64,000 nt of DNA from Candidatus Kapaibacterium sp. (GTDB lineage: Bacteria; Bacteroidota; Ignavibacteria; Kapaibacteriales; UBA2268): the NCBI GenBank assembly GCA_938031175.1, contig CALHGZ010000004.1, forward strand, positions 1,527 to 65,526, given 5' to 3'. Below are positions 40,186-51,397 of this stretch, piece after piece. Both the position numbers and the translations under genes were made by a program. Positions within the stretch are counted from its first letter, which is position 1. Every line of letters starts with the position of its first letter. Under the pieces are notes generated by a model, which saw only the letters and a list, made by a program, of their open reading frames with translations, searched no databases and was not told the origin of the DNA.

Positions 40186-40905
40186 TTGGATTCACCAAAA
40201 GATATCGAATACAAAAGAGCGATCAAGTATAAATCTATTAAAGATTGGCGACTAGATGACAGACCACGCGAAAAGTTGATTAAAAATGGAGCATCCTCTC
40301 TGAGTGATGCCGAACTTATAGCAATCATTATAAGAGCAGGGACCAAAATGTATTCTGCTATAGATGTAGCTAGGGATTTACTTGATTTGTATGGGAACTT
40401 ATCGAAATTGGCATCCTGTGATATTAGTGAATTACAAAAAATTAGAGGAATAGGCAAAACGAAAGCTGTCCAAATAGCAGCGGTTTTTGAATTGGTTCGC
40501 AGAGTACAATCTGAACCTTATGACCCATCTAAAATAATACGTTCCCCTGAGGATGTTGCGAAATTTTATATTCCACGATTCAGAAATTTACGTCAGGAAA
40601 CTTTTTGGGTTTTGATGCTAAATGCTTCAAATCAGATTATCCGTGAAATGAAGATCTCTGAGGGTATATTAGATGCTTCGATTGTACACCCAAGGGAAGT
40701 ATTTCGGATCGCTATTACTGAAAGCGCTGCAAGTATTATACTTTTGCATAATCATCCATCGGGCAATCCTCAGCCATCAAATGACGACATTAAAGTCACG
40801 AAAAAGCTTGTACAAACCGGTGAGATAATTGATATCAAAGTGCTCGATCATTTAATTATTGCCGGTGATTTTTATACCAGTATGAAAAAACTCGAGTTGA
40901 TGTAA
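40186..40905 (+). CDS. radC: RadC/UPF0758 JAB-domain protein
   Basis: RPREKL, LSDAEL, HhH GIGKTK, VHPREVF, HNHPSG, PS.DD, LDHLII. Confidence 0.95.
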   Translation: MDSPKDIEYKRAIKYKSIKDWRLDDRPREKLIKNGASSLSDAELIAIIIRAGTKMYSAIDVARDLLDLYGNLSKLASCDISELQKIRGIGKTKAVQIAAVFELVRRVQSEPYDPSKIIRSPEDVAKFYIPRFRNLRQETFWVLMLNASNQIIREMKISEGILDASIVHPREVFRIAITESAASIILLHNHPSGNPQPSNDDIKVTKKLVQTGEIIDIKVLDHLIIAGDFYTSMKKLELM

Positions 40906-40940
40906 AGATTCGTCAAAGAATAAAGATTCGTCAAAGATTC
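40903..40940 (+). repeat. Short tandem direct repeat at the radC stop codon
   Basis: TAAAGATTCGTCAAAGA at 40903-40919 and 40921-40937 (period 18). Confidence 0.75.
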
Positions 40941-40988
40941 TATTGATTTCCTTTAATAAATGCAATTTTCCAATATAGTATTACCAGT

Positions 40989-42356
40989 TTAATTATATCG
41001 CACTTTGAATTCCAATATGCTATTGGAGTTTTTCCTGACAGGAACATTGAATAATATTGTTCTGGCATCCTTTTTTATGTAGTCATAAGTAGAAGAGAGT
41101 ACAGTCCAATTCCAGCCTAAAAATCTTTCTATTTCGATATTGATGTCCTCTTCTTTCCTGTTTTTAAGTGTAATCTGGTATTTAACTTCACGTACATTGT
41201 CAGAGATTTTAATACTTTCTTTTTCAATTTCATTGGCTAAAACATCGAAAGCATCGCCAACCTTAAGTTTTATAGTTTCATTTTTGGGTGTATGATCAAT
41301 CATATCTTCACCGATAAATTCGATAGATTTTCCATCTGATTTATTCATTCGTACAAGCCCTTTTGGCATTGGTATTCCGAGCTTATTTTCTTTTGAATTA
41401 TCAAATTCGATAATAACAGAAATCTTATTGTCTTGATTTAATCCTTGATAGATTGAATAATTAGGACTTTTATATAGATATTTCTTTTTTATAGAAATGT
41501 CTGAGGCTTCGAATAATGAAATTTGTTTGGTTTCGTTATCTGAAATAGTTGATAATCTTTGTAATTCATAGATATAATATTCAAAAAATTGTTTTTCTTC
41601 GAATTGTCTTGCATCTTCAATAGTTTCTTGCATTTTCAATTGTTGAACAGCATAATATTTTTCCATTGGCTGGTATTTTTGTACATCACCTGCAACAAGT
41701 TTAAGTGTAGCATCTTTGTAAGTTGCACCTGATTTATTGTCAATAGAAACCCAAGCATTGAGGTCAATTTTTGTATCATTATGATTTAATACGGCTACAT
41801 ATTCTGTGTGCCAGTTAATTCCACGTGCTTGATAACTGACCTCAATGTCTTGTTTACCAGTTTTTTTCGAATCAACAGTCCAAACTAAAGTAGGTTTTGT
41901 AATTAATCCCTCTGGTAATGAACCAACGTTAATTTTATAATCTTTTATGTCAGTCAAAATAGTAAGACCACCGTCTTGGTTTTGTAGTACAATTCCATCA
42001 GACTGGCTAGATAATAATTTGCCGGTAATTATATTCTTTCCTGTAAGATTGATTTCTTTATTGATATATTTTGATAATATTTTCATAATGCTGACAAGGT
42101 CATACTGATAGTTCTGTTCCAAAACTTTACCATCAAATTTAATATGAACAGAAGTAGGATCGATTGTTTTTGCAACATCGGTAATCTGTATTTGATTAAT
42201 TCCTTTTTGTATTTCGAGGTTTCTAATTTGGCGAATGACAGCAAAATCATCGTTATAAATAGTGATAAAATTTGATTTTATATCAGCTTCTTGAGTAAAG
42301 ACTAAGCTAATTGTCAGAGGGAAGACAATAAAAGCAAGAAAAAAACAATATTTCAT
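40989..42356 (-). CDS. Secreted DUF4139-like protein
   Basis: Signal peptide and ITIYNDDFAVIR, IDPTSV, EQNYQYDL, NETKQISL, FIGEDMIDHTP. Confidence 0.8.
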   Translation of the reverse strand: MKYCFFLAFIVFPLTISLVFTQEADIKSNFITIYNDDFAVIRQIRNLEIQKGINQIQITDVAKTIDPTSVHIKFDGKVLEQNYQYDLVSIMKILSKYINKEINLTGKNIITGKLLSSQSDGIVLQNQDGGLTILTDIKDYKINVGSLPEGLITKPTLVWTVDSKKTGKQDIEVSYQARGINWHTEYVAVLNHNDTKIDLNAWVSIDNKSGATYKDATLKLVAGDVQKYQPMEKYYAVQQLKMQETIEDARQFEEKQFFEYYIYELQRLSTISDNETKQISLFEASDISIKKKYLYKSPNYSIYQGLNQDNKISVIIEFDNSKENKLGIPMPKGLVRMNKSDGKSIEFIGEDMIDHTPKNETIKLKVGDAFDVLANEIEKESIKISDNVREVKYQITLKNRKEEDINIEIERFLGWNWTVLSSTYDYIKKDARTILFNVPVRKNSNSILEFKVRYN

Positions 42357-42363
42357 AATACAC

Positions 42364-44955
42364 CTATTTATTTATCTGAAATTTTGCGTATTCTATAAAA
42401 CCACCAAAATTAAAAATAGCGATAAAGTTACCACTATTTAAATATTTAAATTCTCTACAGTTAAGGCTAAGAGTTATTTCATTATAGCCAGAATTAAATT
42501 TGAGATTATCAAGCATTTGGATTAATTTACCATCGAGGGTATAAATTTTTATGTAGCCATTTGTTTCATTTGGTAAATCGAATTCAAAAGTAATTTCATC
42601 TTTTGCTGGATTGGGATATGTCTTAATATTGATGCGTAGTATTTTATCGGTGAATTTATGTTGAACAGAGGTAATTTCATTTATTTGGAAATCCCATATT
42701 CCACGTCCGTAAGTACCGAATCTGACAATATTTTTATATGGTATAAATTCTACAGACCAATAAATTTGATCAGGTGCATTTAAACCAGCCATATCGAACC
42801 ATCTGTTAATATCAGTAATATAAACATAGGGACCAGTCTCAGTAGCTGCAAAAATAAATTTTTCGTCTGTTGATAAAGCCATATCATATATTAAAGTTTT
42901 TGGAAGACCATCATTGATTGGGTAAAAAGTTTTACCGCCATCAGTGGATTTAAAAGCAGCAGGATTTGAGTAACCACTACCGCCGAGAAAGATAATATTC
43001 TCGTTAATATTTGAAGGTAGTATTTTTGTCCCATAGAAGTAATGATTTGTAGGTCCAGAAAATTCTTCATTTTTTGTCCAATTTTTGCCCCTATCGGATG
43101 AGTAGTAAAATTTGCCATTCCTTGTTATGGCAAAAAATAGTTCGGGATTGAGTTTAGAAATAGCAATTGAAGCTAATTTTGATTCTCCATCTGAAGCGAA
43201 ATTGAAATCCAACCATTTATGTTTTATATTGTCTTCAACAAGTTCTAATTCACAAATTTTTGAATCACCATTTTCTCCACCACCGGTTAAATAAGCTTTC
43301 AATGGGTTGTATGGGTCAGAAACAATCGGGGGTAGCCACTGATATCCGTTCCCTTTAAAGTTCCAAAAATATGATTGAATTTGATCATTATGAGCGTTTT
43401 GGTAAAGCAAGGCAAAAGTAGGATAAACTGTCCAAAGCGTTATACCGCCATTGCTCGATGCTATGTGTCCATAATCTCCGCTAATTATTTGACTGAATCC
43501 TAGAACAGTGGCTGAGTCAAGCGTACATCTTTGAAAGCCTTGATCTTGACTTCCAGCGTAAATAATTGCTGGGTATAATTCACTTGTTCTAACGCTATAA
43601 TATTGGCTAACATTCAAGCCCAAGAGGGAAATATTTTTTACAGTTTCACAAGCATCATAGGATTTATAGATACCGCCGTCAGTTGAAATCAGAATTAATT
43701 CTTCTTTATCATTTATTTTAAATATATCAACGGCAGGGATATCAGCGTGTAACAAATTTTCAGGTTCCTTATAATAAGCCCACCAATCATTAATTTTGTA
43801 CCAGCTTATACCTTGGTCAGTACTTTTAAATAATTCAACGCCTCCATAGAAAATCATATTTGAATCTATTGAAGAAACTGCAAAGCTATTTAGAGTAAAA
43901 GGTCCAAAAGTAAGGGTTCCACGTTTGTCCCATGTCTTGCCTGAATCAACAGAAATAAAAAAATGTTCGCTTGGTGAAGTCGAAGTTCTCAATACTGAAT
44001 AAAGATAGACCTTACCATTAATATTTGTACCTCGCATTAATATTCTTTTAACTTTTGTAATATCAAATGGGAAGTTAGCAATAATTGGTGTTGGGAAGTC
44101 GTTGGATGGTTCAGTTAGTATAAAAACTGAATCTTTATGTATAAAAAAAACCGATGAATTGTCAGTCCACAAGTCCATAAAATTAGAATTGTCAGGGTAA
44201 TATTCCCTTAAACGGATAAAAGATTCAGCCAAGTCATCAGAACGATAGAAAACTGTTATTGGATTCCAATTAATCCAATCCCATTCGACCCCGATAGCGT
44301 AAATAACATTATTTTTTTTATTCATAACAGCCCGAACAATCCACCCCCACTTTTGTAATTGCTCGAAACCTTTTGCCTCATTCCATGTCAAACCTTCATC
44401 TTCAGTATAGTAGAAATTTGAATTGCTTGCCACTATTATTCTATTGTAATTATTTTGCTTTACAACTTTAATCATTGAACCGCCGAAACTATTTCTGTCA
44501 TTAAGACAAGTCCAATTTTCTCCGTTTAATCCACTTCGCCAGACATTTCCACCAGCTGAGATAAGATAAATCAGATTTCTATTAGAATCAATATCAGCAG
44601 TCATTATTCTACCGGCTTGGTTATTGCTGCCTTTTTCAATCCATTTTCCTTTCAACCAGCCATCAGCAATGATTTCTTCGTTTAAAATTTTATCTAAAGT
44701 ATTGTTTTTCATATTTTCAATGATTATTTGTTGTCTTTGGTTGCGTTTGAGCGTTCTGTTCTCTTTTTCGATAATTTTCCAGTTAATACCATCTTCAACT
44801 CTATGCATTTCTTCAATCCATTGAAGTCTTTTTAGCTTATATTCAGGATCGGCTTCTCGATTGAATTTCAGGATTTCATCAGAGTTAAAGATTTTCGGAT
44901 GTATTACTTGATGACTCAAAGTAAAAATTATAAGGAATGATAAAATAATTTTCAT
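42364..44955 (-). CDS. BNR/Asp-box beta-propeller (VPS10/GH74-like) protein with T9SS type A C-terminal sorting domain
   Basis: Many SxDxGxTW boxes, LHAD, STDGGIY, GSQDQG, GTYGRGIW; C-terminal YPNPA...IYTLDGK..G.F. Confidence 0.85.
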   Translation of the reverse strand: MKIILSFLIIFTLSHQVIHPKIFNSDEILKFNREADPEYKLKRLQWIEEMHRVEDGINWKIIEKENRTLKRNQRQQIIIENMKNNTLDKILNEEIIADGWLKGKWIEKGSNNQAGRIMTADIDSNRNLIYLISAGGNVWRSGLNGENWTCLNDRNSFGGSMIKVVKQNNYNRIIVASNSNFYYTEDEGLTWNEAKGFEQLQKWGWIVRAVMNKKNNVIYAIGVEWDWINWNPITVFYRSDDLAESFIRLREYYPDNSNFMDLWTDNSSVFFIHKDSVFILTEPSNDFPTPIIANFPFDITKVKRILMRGTNINGKVYLYSVLRTSTSPSEHFFISVDSGKTWDKRGTLTFGPFTLNSFAVSSIDSNMIFYGGVELFKSTDQGISWYKINDWWAYYKEPENLLHADIPAVDIFKINDKEELILISTDGGIYKSYDACETVKNISLLGLNVSQYYSVRTSELYPAIIYAGSQDQGFQRCTLDSATVLGFSQIISGDYGHIASSNGGITLWTVYPTFALLYQNAHNDQIQSYFWNFKGNGYQWLPPIVSDPYNPLKAYLTGGGENGDSKICELELVEDNIKHKWLDFNFASDGESKLASIAISKLNPELFFAITRNGKFYYSSDRGKNWTKNEEFSGPTNHYFYGTKILPSNINENIIFLGGSGYSNPAAFKSTDGGKTFYPINDGLPKTLIYDMALSTDEKFIFAATETGPYVYITDINRWFDMAGLNAPDQIYWSVEFIPYKNIVRFGTYGRGIWDFQINEITSVQHKFTDKILRINIKTYPNPAKDEITFEFDLPNETNGYIKIYTLDGKLIQMLDNLKFNSGYNEITLSLNCREFKYLNSGNFIAIFNFGGFIEYAKFQINK

Positions 44956-45009
44956 ATTTCTTCCGAAATTATTTTTAATTAGCGACTAGAAAATAATTAT
45001 TATAATACT

Positions 45010-45038
45010 AAAGGGCATAATATATTATTATGCCCTTT
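45010..45038 (-). terminator. Hairpin terminator after the large M16 peptidase
   Basis: AAAGGGCATAAT-ATATT-ATTATGCCCTTT. Confidence 0.7.
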
Positions 45039-45058
45039 GATTTCTTTCTTCTTGATTT

Positions 45059-47875
45059 TTATTGACTATCCTCAGGTAAAAGCACTACTTGAATATAGTT
45101 ATCATTAAAGTATTTTTTAGCGTATTGTTGAATATCGTTAGCTTTGAGTTTATCGAAATATTTTATAAACTTTGGAATTTCTTTCAAATCTTCACCATTG
45201 ATATAGTAGGAAGCTAAGTTATTGAGCCACCAGTTATTGTTCTTAATATTAACCTCATTTTCTCTTTTCTGGATCTCTTTTACTTTGGCAATATAATCAT
45301 TTTTTGGTGGATTAGATTTTAGTTCATTAATAATGCTTTTGACTTCGTTTGTTAATTCATCAACTCTTTGCGGATCGCATCCAAAGCCTATTGTGATAAT
45401 ATAATTAGACTTAGGATATTTATTAATAGATGGATAAGCATATATTCCGTAAACTCCGCCTTTATCTTCGCGAATTCTCTCGCGAAGAATGATATTGAAA
45501 ACTTCTAACAATGCTCTTAATTCATAACGATTTTGAGAATTATAGTCAAAATCGCCAGTAATTGCTATTCTAACAGAGGATTTTTTTTCAATACCTTTTT
45601 TTACCACCTTGGAAATATTACCTGTAGCTAATTTTACTCCAATATCTCGCCAGTTTTCTTGTTTATTTCTTGTTGGGAGACTTCCTATATACTTTAGTAT
45701 CAGTGGTTTAATTTCATCAATTTTGAAATTACCAACAAAGAAAAATGAGTAATTTGCTGGATCGGCAAACCTTGCTTTAAAGAAATCATAGGCATCGTCA
45801 GGATCTAATTGATTTAATATTTCCTCGGTTAAAGGCAAACGTCGGGGATGATAATTGTATAAAGTAACATTAAATGTATCACGAAAAGCATTTTCTGGAG
45901 AAAGTTTTGCATTTTTTACCGATTCCCTTAATCTTTCGATGTAAACCTGTGAAGCTTCGTAATCTAATCTGGGATCTGTAAAATATAAGTGAGCTAATTG
46001 CAGAAGAATTTCAAGATCGGCTGGTGCTGCAAAGCCATATAGATAATTATAAAATTCACTTATTGAAGGTGTTACACTTACAACTTTTCCTGTCAAGAAT
46101 TTTTCGAGTTGCGTTCTGGTGAAATTTGCAATGCCCGATTCGGAAATTATACTTGTTGAATTCGAAGCTGAAATATAAAGTTTATCATCTGCTAAGGAAT
46201 GACCGCCGGGAGCAACAGCTCTAAATAGAATTTCATCATTTTTAAAATCTGTTGGCATTAAGAAAACTTTAGCACCATTTGATAGTGTTAATTGAGTTAC
46301 ACCTATTTCATTTATTTGGGTTTCGTTTGTAACGGTACCAGGATTCACATCTTTTTCGAAAAGTGGAGATGTTGCAACTATATCTTGGTATGGTTCAAGA
46401 TTTTTCTTACTTATAGTTGTATAAAGATTTAGAATTTCGTTCTCTTGTGGCATAATAACTTCAGGTTTTTCTGGTCCACTCATAGTTATGACAAGGCTAC
46501 CTTCATTGATAAGTAAAGTGGCTTGTTTGTTAATTTCTTCAAGTGTAATTTCTGGTAAAAATAATTTAGCAAGAGCAAGTTCATATTCAATGCCAGGGAC
46601 AGATTCACCAAATTCGAAATGACGAGCTAATTCGTCGGCAAATAAATATGATTCTGTTTTATTTTTCTCATTAAATACAGTTTCGATCTTGCGCAGATAT
46701 TCGGCTTTAGCTCTTTCCAATTCTGATTCAGTGAAGCCATACTGAATAACTCGAAATGCTTCGGTTGTTAAAGCTTCGAAACCTGATTTAAACTTATCGT
46801 TTTTGACTTGTGCTATTAAAGCAAATATTGAAGAGCGACCTAGTGCATTATCCATCTGATATGAAATCGCAAATAAAAATGGTGGATCTTTTTTGCGGCT
46901 GATTTCAGAAAATCTTTGATTCAGCATTGATTGAATGAGTGAATTTTTAATGGATTCACGATAAGCTCCAAAAGTTCCCTCTATTGATGGAGGATGTTTG
47001 TAGTACATTACGATTTGAGAGAAAGGTAATTCCTTGTCAGTATCGATTGAAACTATAATTTCATCGTGTTTGGGTAAATCGTAATAAATTCTTGGTTTTG
47101 GATTAGGATGTGGTTTTAAATTAGTAAAATACTTTTTAATTAGATTTTCCATTTCATCAATATCAAAGTCACCTACTGCAATAACTCCCATTAAATCGGG
47201 TCGATACCAATCCCGATAGTATCTTGTGAATGCTTCATAAGGTGCATTCAGAATAATAGCAGTATCGCCTATTGGTAATCTTTCAGCATATCGGGAATTG
47301 TATAATATTTTTGGTAATTGTCGTTTTTGAATTCTATCCATAGCTCCTTTACCCAATCGCCATTCTTCTAATATAATGCCTCGTTCCTTGTCAATTTCCT
47401 CAGGATCAAAGGTTGCTTTGTGTGCCCATTCTTCAAGAACTTTTATTCCTTTTTCTAATAATTGTTTGTCATCAGTTGGTAGTGTTAGCATATACAATGT
47501 GCGGTCAAATCCGGTAGAAGCATTTAAATCAGCACCAAATCGGATGCCGGTTTTTTCGAGAAATGAGATTAACTCATTTTTGGGGAAGCTTTCTGTTCCA
47601 TTAAATAGCATATGCTCAACAAAATGGGCAAGACCTTTTTGGTCCTCATCTTCGAGTATAGAACCTGCTTTTATTACTAAACGCAGTTCAGCTCTTTTTT
47701 CAGGTTTTTGATTCTGTTTTATAAAATATTGAATACCATTTTCTAATGTTCCTCTTTTGATGGATGGGTCAAAAGGGACAGGATCATTTAAACTTTGGAA
47801 TTCGACCTTGAGTTGTGCTTGAGCAAAAACAAATGGATAAAATATAAATATGATAAGAACAAGTAACTTTTTCAT
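45059..47875 (-). CDS. Periplasmic M16 zinc protease (PqqL-like, two-module)
   Basis: Signal peptide from MKKLL (ATG 47875), GLAHFVEHMLFNG, FGADLNAST, WYRPD, LRERIREDKGGVY. Confidence 0.93.
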   Translation of the reverse strand: MKKLLVLIIFIFYPFVFAQAQLKVEFQSLNDPVPFDPSIKRGTLENGIQYFIKQNQKPEKRAELRLVIKAGSILEDEDQKGLAHFVEHMLFNGTESFPKNELISFLEKTGIRFGADLNASTGFDRTLYMLTLPTDDKQLLEKGIKVLEEWAHKATFDPEEIDKERGIILEEWRLGKGAMDRIQKRQLPKILYNSRYAERLPIGDTAIILNAPYEAFTRYYRDWYRPDLMGVIAVGDFDIDEMENLIKKYFTNLKPHPNPKPRIYYDLPKHDEIIVSIDTDKELPFSQIVMYYKHPPSIEGTFGAYRESIKNSLIQSMLNQRFSEISRKKDPPFLFAISYQMDNALGRSSIFALIAQVKNDKFKSGFEALTTEAFRVIQYGFTESELERAKAEYLRKIETVFNEKNKTESYLFADELARHFEFGESVPGIEYELALAKLFLPEITLEEINKQATLLINEGSLVITMSGPEKPEVIMPQENEILNLYTTISKKNLEPYQDIVATSPLFEKDVNPGTVTNETQINEIGVTQLTLSNGAKVFLMPTDFKNDEILFRAVAPGGHSLADDKLYISASNSTSIISESGIANFTRTQLEKFLTGKVVSVTPSISEFYNYLYGFAAPADLEILLQLAHLYFTDPRLDYEASQVYIERLRESVKNAKLSPENAFRDTFNVTLYNYHPRRLPLTEEILNQLDPDDAYDFFKARFADPANYSFFFVGNFKIDEIKPLILKYIGSLPTRNKQENWRDIGVKLATGNISKVVKKGIEKKSSVRIAITGDFDYNSQNRYELRALLEVFNIILRERIREDKGGVYGIYAYPSINKYPKSNYIITIGFGCDPQRVDELTNEVKSIINELKSNPPKNDYIAKVKEIQKRENEVNIKNNNWWLNNLASYYINGEDLKEIPKFIKYFDKLKANDIQQYAKKYFNDNYIQVVLLPEDSQ

Positions 47876-48068
47876 ATAGACCTCAAATTTTATATTCCAA
47901 AAAGTATACATTATACTATTTTTTTAAAAAAATGTTTCATAAAATATCATTATTTGAGAATTTTAATATAATAAATTATTAATTAAAGTTGATTGAATAA
48001 AAAATTTTGAAAAGTCACTAAAAAATAATATAATTGTAGCTTGTATTAAATTTAAATTTGGTTCCAAT

Positions 48069-51000
48069 ATGTTTGAATCATTACCAGAAAAATTTAATTA
48101 TCCATCTATTGAACGTGAAATTCTCAAATTTTGGGAAAAGAATAAAATTTTTGAAAAATCTTTACAGAAACGTGAGGGTGCTAAATATTTTACTTTTTAT
48201 GAAGGCCCACCAACAGTTAATGGTAAACCCGGAATCCACCATTTAATGTCAAGGACGATAAAAGATACCGTTTGCAGATATAAATCGATGACGGGCTATT
48301 ATGTACCACGAAAAGCCGGATGGGATACGCATGGTCTCCCAGTTGAACTCGCAGTTGAGAAAGAGCTTGGGATAAGAATAAAAAGCGATATTGAAAAGTT
48401 TGGAATTGATAAATTCAATGCTGTTTGCAAAAATACTGTTTATAGTAACATAGAGATGGATCAAGGCTGGCGGGCTTTAACTGAGCGTATGGGCTATTGG
48501 TTAGACCTTGATTCTGCTTACATTACTTGTACGAATGAATATATTGAATCTCTTTGGTGGGCTTTAAAGCAGTTTTTTGATAAAGGACTTATATACAAAG
48601 GTTTTAAGGTTGTTCCTCAATCTCCAACAATCGAAACACCGCTTAGCTCACACGAATTATCTCTTGGCTATAAAGATGTAAGGGATCCAAATTGCTATTT
48701 AAAGTTGAGAATCCTTTCTTCTCCGATGAAGCAAATCGAGAATGCTTTCATTATTGTTTGGACTACAACACCTTGGACTTTGTTTGCGAATGTGGCATTA
48801 GCCGTTGGTGAAGATATTGATTATTGTCTCGTTAAAAATACAAGAAAAATAAAAGAAGAGATAACAACAGAAAATTATGTATTAGCAAAATCAAGATTGA
48901 ATGTGCTTGATGGCGAATATGAAATATTATCAGAATTCAAAGGTAAAGATATATTAGGGACGGTTTATGAGCAAATTTTCGAATATTTGAAAATTGACAG
49001 GAATGAATATCCAAATGCACTTACAGTATTACCGGGGGACTTTGTATCAATTGAAGAAGGTAGTGGAGTTGTTCATTTAGCCCCTGCTTTTGGTGAAGAT
49101 GATTTGAGAATGGCATCATTATTTAATCTTCCTTTTTTACAACCTGTAACACCAAATGGTCATTTTACTGAAGAATTAGGTGAATTCGCGCATCGAGCTA
49201 TTAAAAACTTTACTTATGAAGACCACGACGAAGAAGGAGCTGATAAAGATATAATTATCTCACTCAAATATGCGGGTAAAATTTACAAAGCGACTTATGA
49301 TTATGTTCATAGTTATCCACATTGCTGGCGTACGGGCAATCCGATAATGTATTATGCCCGTGAATCTTGGTTTATCAAATCCCCTGAATATAAAGAGCGG
49401 ATGATAGAACATAATAAAAAGATACGATGGCAACCACCGGAAATTGGAACCGGTCGTTTCGGGAATTGGCTCGAAGAGGTAAAAGAATGGGCTTTATCAC
49501 GAGATAGATATTGGGGAACGCCGCTTCCCATTTGGATCGCTGAGGATGGTAGCGATATGTTCGCAATCGGTTCAATCGAGGAATTGATGGAGGGAACATA
49601 TATTTTTGCTGATGGAACTTCTGCTAAATTAAAAGAATGCAATTTAGAAATTGACCTTCACAGACCTTTTGTGGATAATATAATTTTTGAAAAAAATGGG
49701 AAAATTTACAGAAGAGTAAAGGAAGTAATAGATGTTTGGTTCGATTCCGGTGCGATGCCTTTTGCCCAATTCCATTATCCATTTGAAAATAAAGAAGAAT
49801 TCGAGAGAATGTTCCCTGCTGACTTCATTGCAGAAGGCATTGACCAAACAAGAGGTTGGTTTTACACACTCCACAATATTGCTGTTGCCCTTTTTGATAA
49901 GCCTGCATTTACCAGTATCGTGGTAAATGAGCTTATATTAGACAAAACAGGGCAAAAGATGTCGAAATCAAAAAAGAATACTGTTGATCCGTTTTTAATG
50001 ATGGATAAATACGGAGCGGATGCGCTACGATGGTATTTGCTCGTAAATAATCCACCTTGGAAACCAACATTATTTAATGAAGAAGATATAGCCCGGACCG
50101 TAATTTCAGACTTTCTTCGTTCGCTCACCAATACTTACGCCTTTTTTTCCCTATATGCTAATATTGACGGCTTTAGCGGGTATGAGCCGGAAATACCAAT
50201 CGAGGAACGCCCAGAAATTGATAAATGGATTATCTCCAGAATGAATAGTTTGGTTCGCTCTTATCGTGAATTAATGGAAGAATATGAGTTAACAAAGGCA
50301 CAGCGAGCTATCCAAGAATTCACAATTTATGAGTTATCTAACTGGTATGTGAGGCGTAATAGACGAAGATTTTGGAAAGGAGAAAAAGATAAGGAAAAAA
50401 TTGCAGCCTATCAAACTCTGCGTTCTGTATTGATTAAACTATGTACCTTGATTGCACCAACGGCTCCATTCATATCTGAGTATCTATATCAAAAGTTAAG
50501 AATACCTGAAGATAAATTATCGATTCATTTACTTGATTTGCCGGAACCTGACATTACTTTAATTGATTCTGATCTTGAAAGAAAAATGGAGAAAGCCCAA
50601 ATTATTGTGAATTTAGTCAGGAATTTAAGAGAAAAAATTAAAATACGCGTTAGGCAACCTTTACGACGAATTCTAATTCCTGTTCTTACACCTCAGGAAA
50701 GAAGAGATATTGAATCAATTCAAAATATCGTTATTGAAGAAGTCAATATCAAAGCCATTGAATTTATTACTGAAAATGATGAAATTGTAAGACGGAAAGC
50801 AAAACCTAATTTTAAATCTATTGGAAAAAAATTCGGCAAACTAACCCAAAAAGTTGCTGAATATATTAAGGGATTAAAAGAGAAAGATATCAAACAACTC
50901 GAACAAAACAAACAACTTGAATTGCAAATAGATAATGAAATCATCAAGCTCGAATTACAAGATATTGAAATTTACAGCGAAGATATTGAAGGCTGGCTCG

Positions 51001-51308
51001 TAGCAAGTGAGCAAGGTATCACTGTAGCTCTCGATACCCAACTCGATGAACAGCTTATTGATGAAGGAATAGCGAGAGAATTTATTAACAGAATTCAAAA
51101 TTATAGAAAAAGCATAAATCTTGATGTAACTGACAGAATCAGTATCAAATTTAATGCAAGTGATAGGATTACCAAGGCAATATTAAATCTTGCAAATTAC
51201 ATAAAAAATGAAACTCTGGCTATAAGATTGGAACAAGTCAACAATCTAAGCGGTACTGTTTTAGATCTGGATATTGATAAAGTTACTGTAACCATAAATA
51301 AAGTATAA
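48069..51308 (+). CDS. ileS: Isoleucine--tRNA ligase, type 2
   Basis: FYEGPPT, signature GIHH, GWDTHGLP, WTTTPWT, KMSKS, and a long IleRS2-type C-terminus without a Zn finger. Confidence 0.98.
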   Translation: MFESLPEKFNYPSIEREILKFWEKNKIFEKSLQKREGAKYFTFYEGPPTVNGKPGIHHLMSRTIKDTVCRYKSMTGYYVPRKAGWDTHGLPVELAVEKELGIRIKSDIEKFGIDKFNAVCKNTVYSNIEMDQGWRALTERMGYWLDLDSAYITCTNEYIESLWWALKQFFDKGLIYKGFKVVPQSPTIETPLSSHELSLGYKDVRDPNCYLKLRILSSPMKQIENAFIIVWTTTPWTLFANVALAVGEDIDYCLVKNTRKIKEEITTENYVLAKSRLNVLDGEYEILSEFKGKDILGTVYEQIFEYLKIDRNEYPNALTVLPGDFVSIEEGSGVVHLAPAFGEDDLRMASLFNLPFLQPVTPNGHFTEELGEFAHRAIKNFTYEDHDEEGADKDIIISLKYAGKIYKATYDYVHSYPHCWRTGNPIMYYARESWFIKSPEYKERMIEHNKKIRWQPPEIGTGRFGNWLEEVKEWALSRDRYWGTPLPIWIAEDGSDMFAIGSIEELMEGTYIFADGTSAKLKECNLEIDLHRPFVDNIIFEKNGKIYRRVKEVIDVWFDSGAMPFAQFHYPFENKEEFERMFPADFIAEGIDQTRGWFYTLHNIAVALFDKPAFTSIVVNELILDKTGQKMSKSKKNTVDPFLMMDKYGADALRWYLLVNNPPWKPTLFNEEDIARTVISDFLRSLTNTYAFFSLYANIDGFSGYEPEIPIEERPEIDKWIISRMNSLVRSYRELMEEYELTKAQRAIQEFTIYELSNWYVRRNRRRFWKGEKDKEKIAAYQTLRSVLIKLCTLIAPTAPFISEYLYQKLRIPEDKLSIHLLDLPEPDITLIDSDLERKMEKAQIIVNLVRNLREKIKIRVRQPLRRILIPVLTPQERRDIESIQNIVIEEVNIKAIEFITENDEIVRRKAKPNFKSIGKKFGKLTQKVAEYIKGLKEKDIKQLEQNKQLELQIDNEIIKLELQDIEIYSEDIEGWLVASEQGITVALDTQLDEQLIDEGIAREFINRIQNYRKSINLDVTDRISIKFNASDRITKAILNLANYIKNETLAIRLEQVNNLSGTVLDLDIDKVTVTINKV

Positions 51309-51397
51309 TCATATTTATCATTGAATTATCACCAAAAATGATTATCTTTAGATCTAATATTCAGCTACAAAATAAATAAAAATACAGGAGAATTAAA

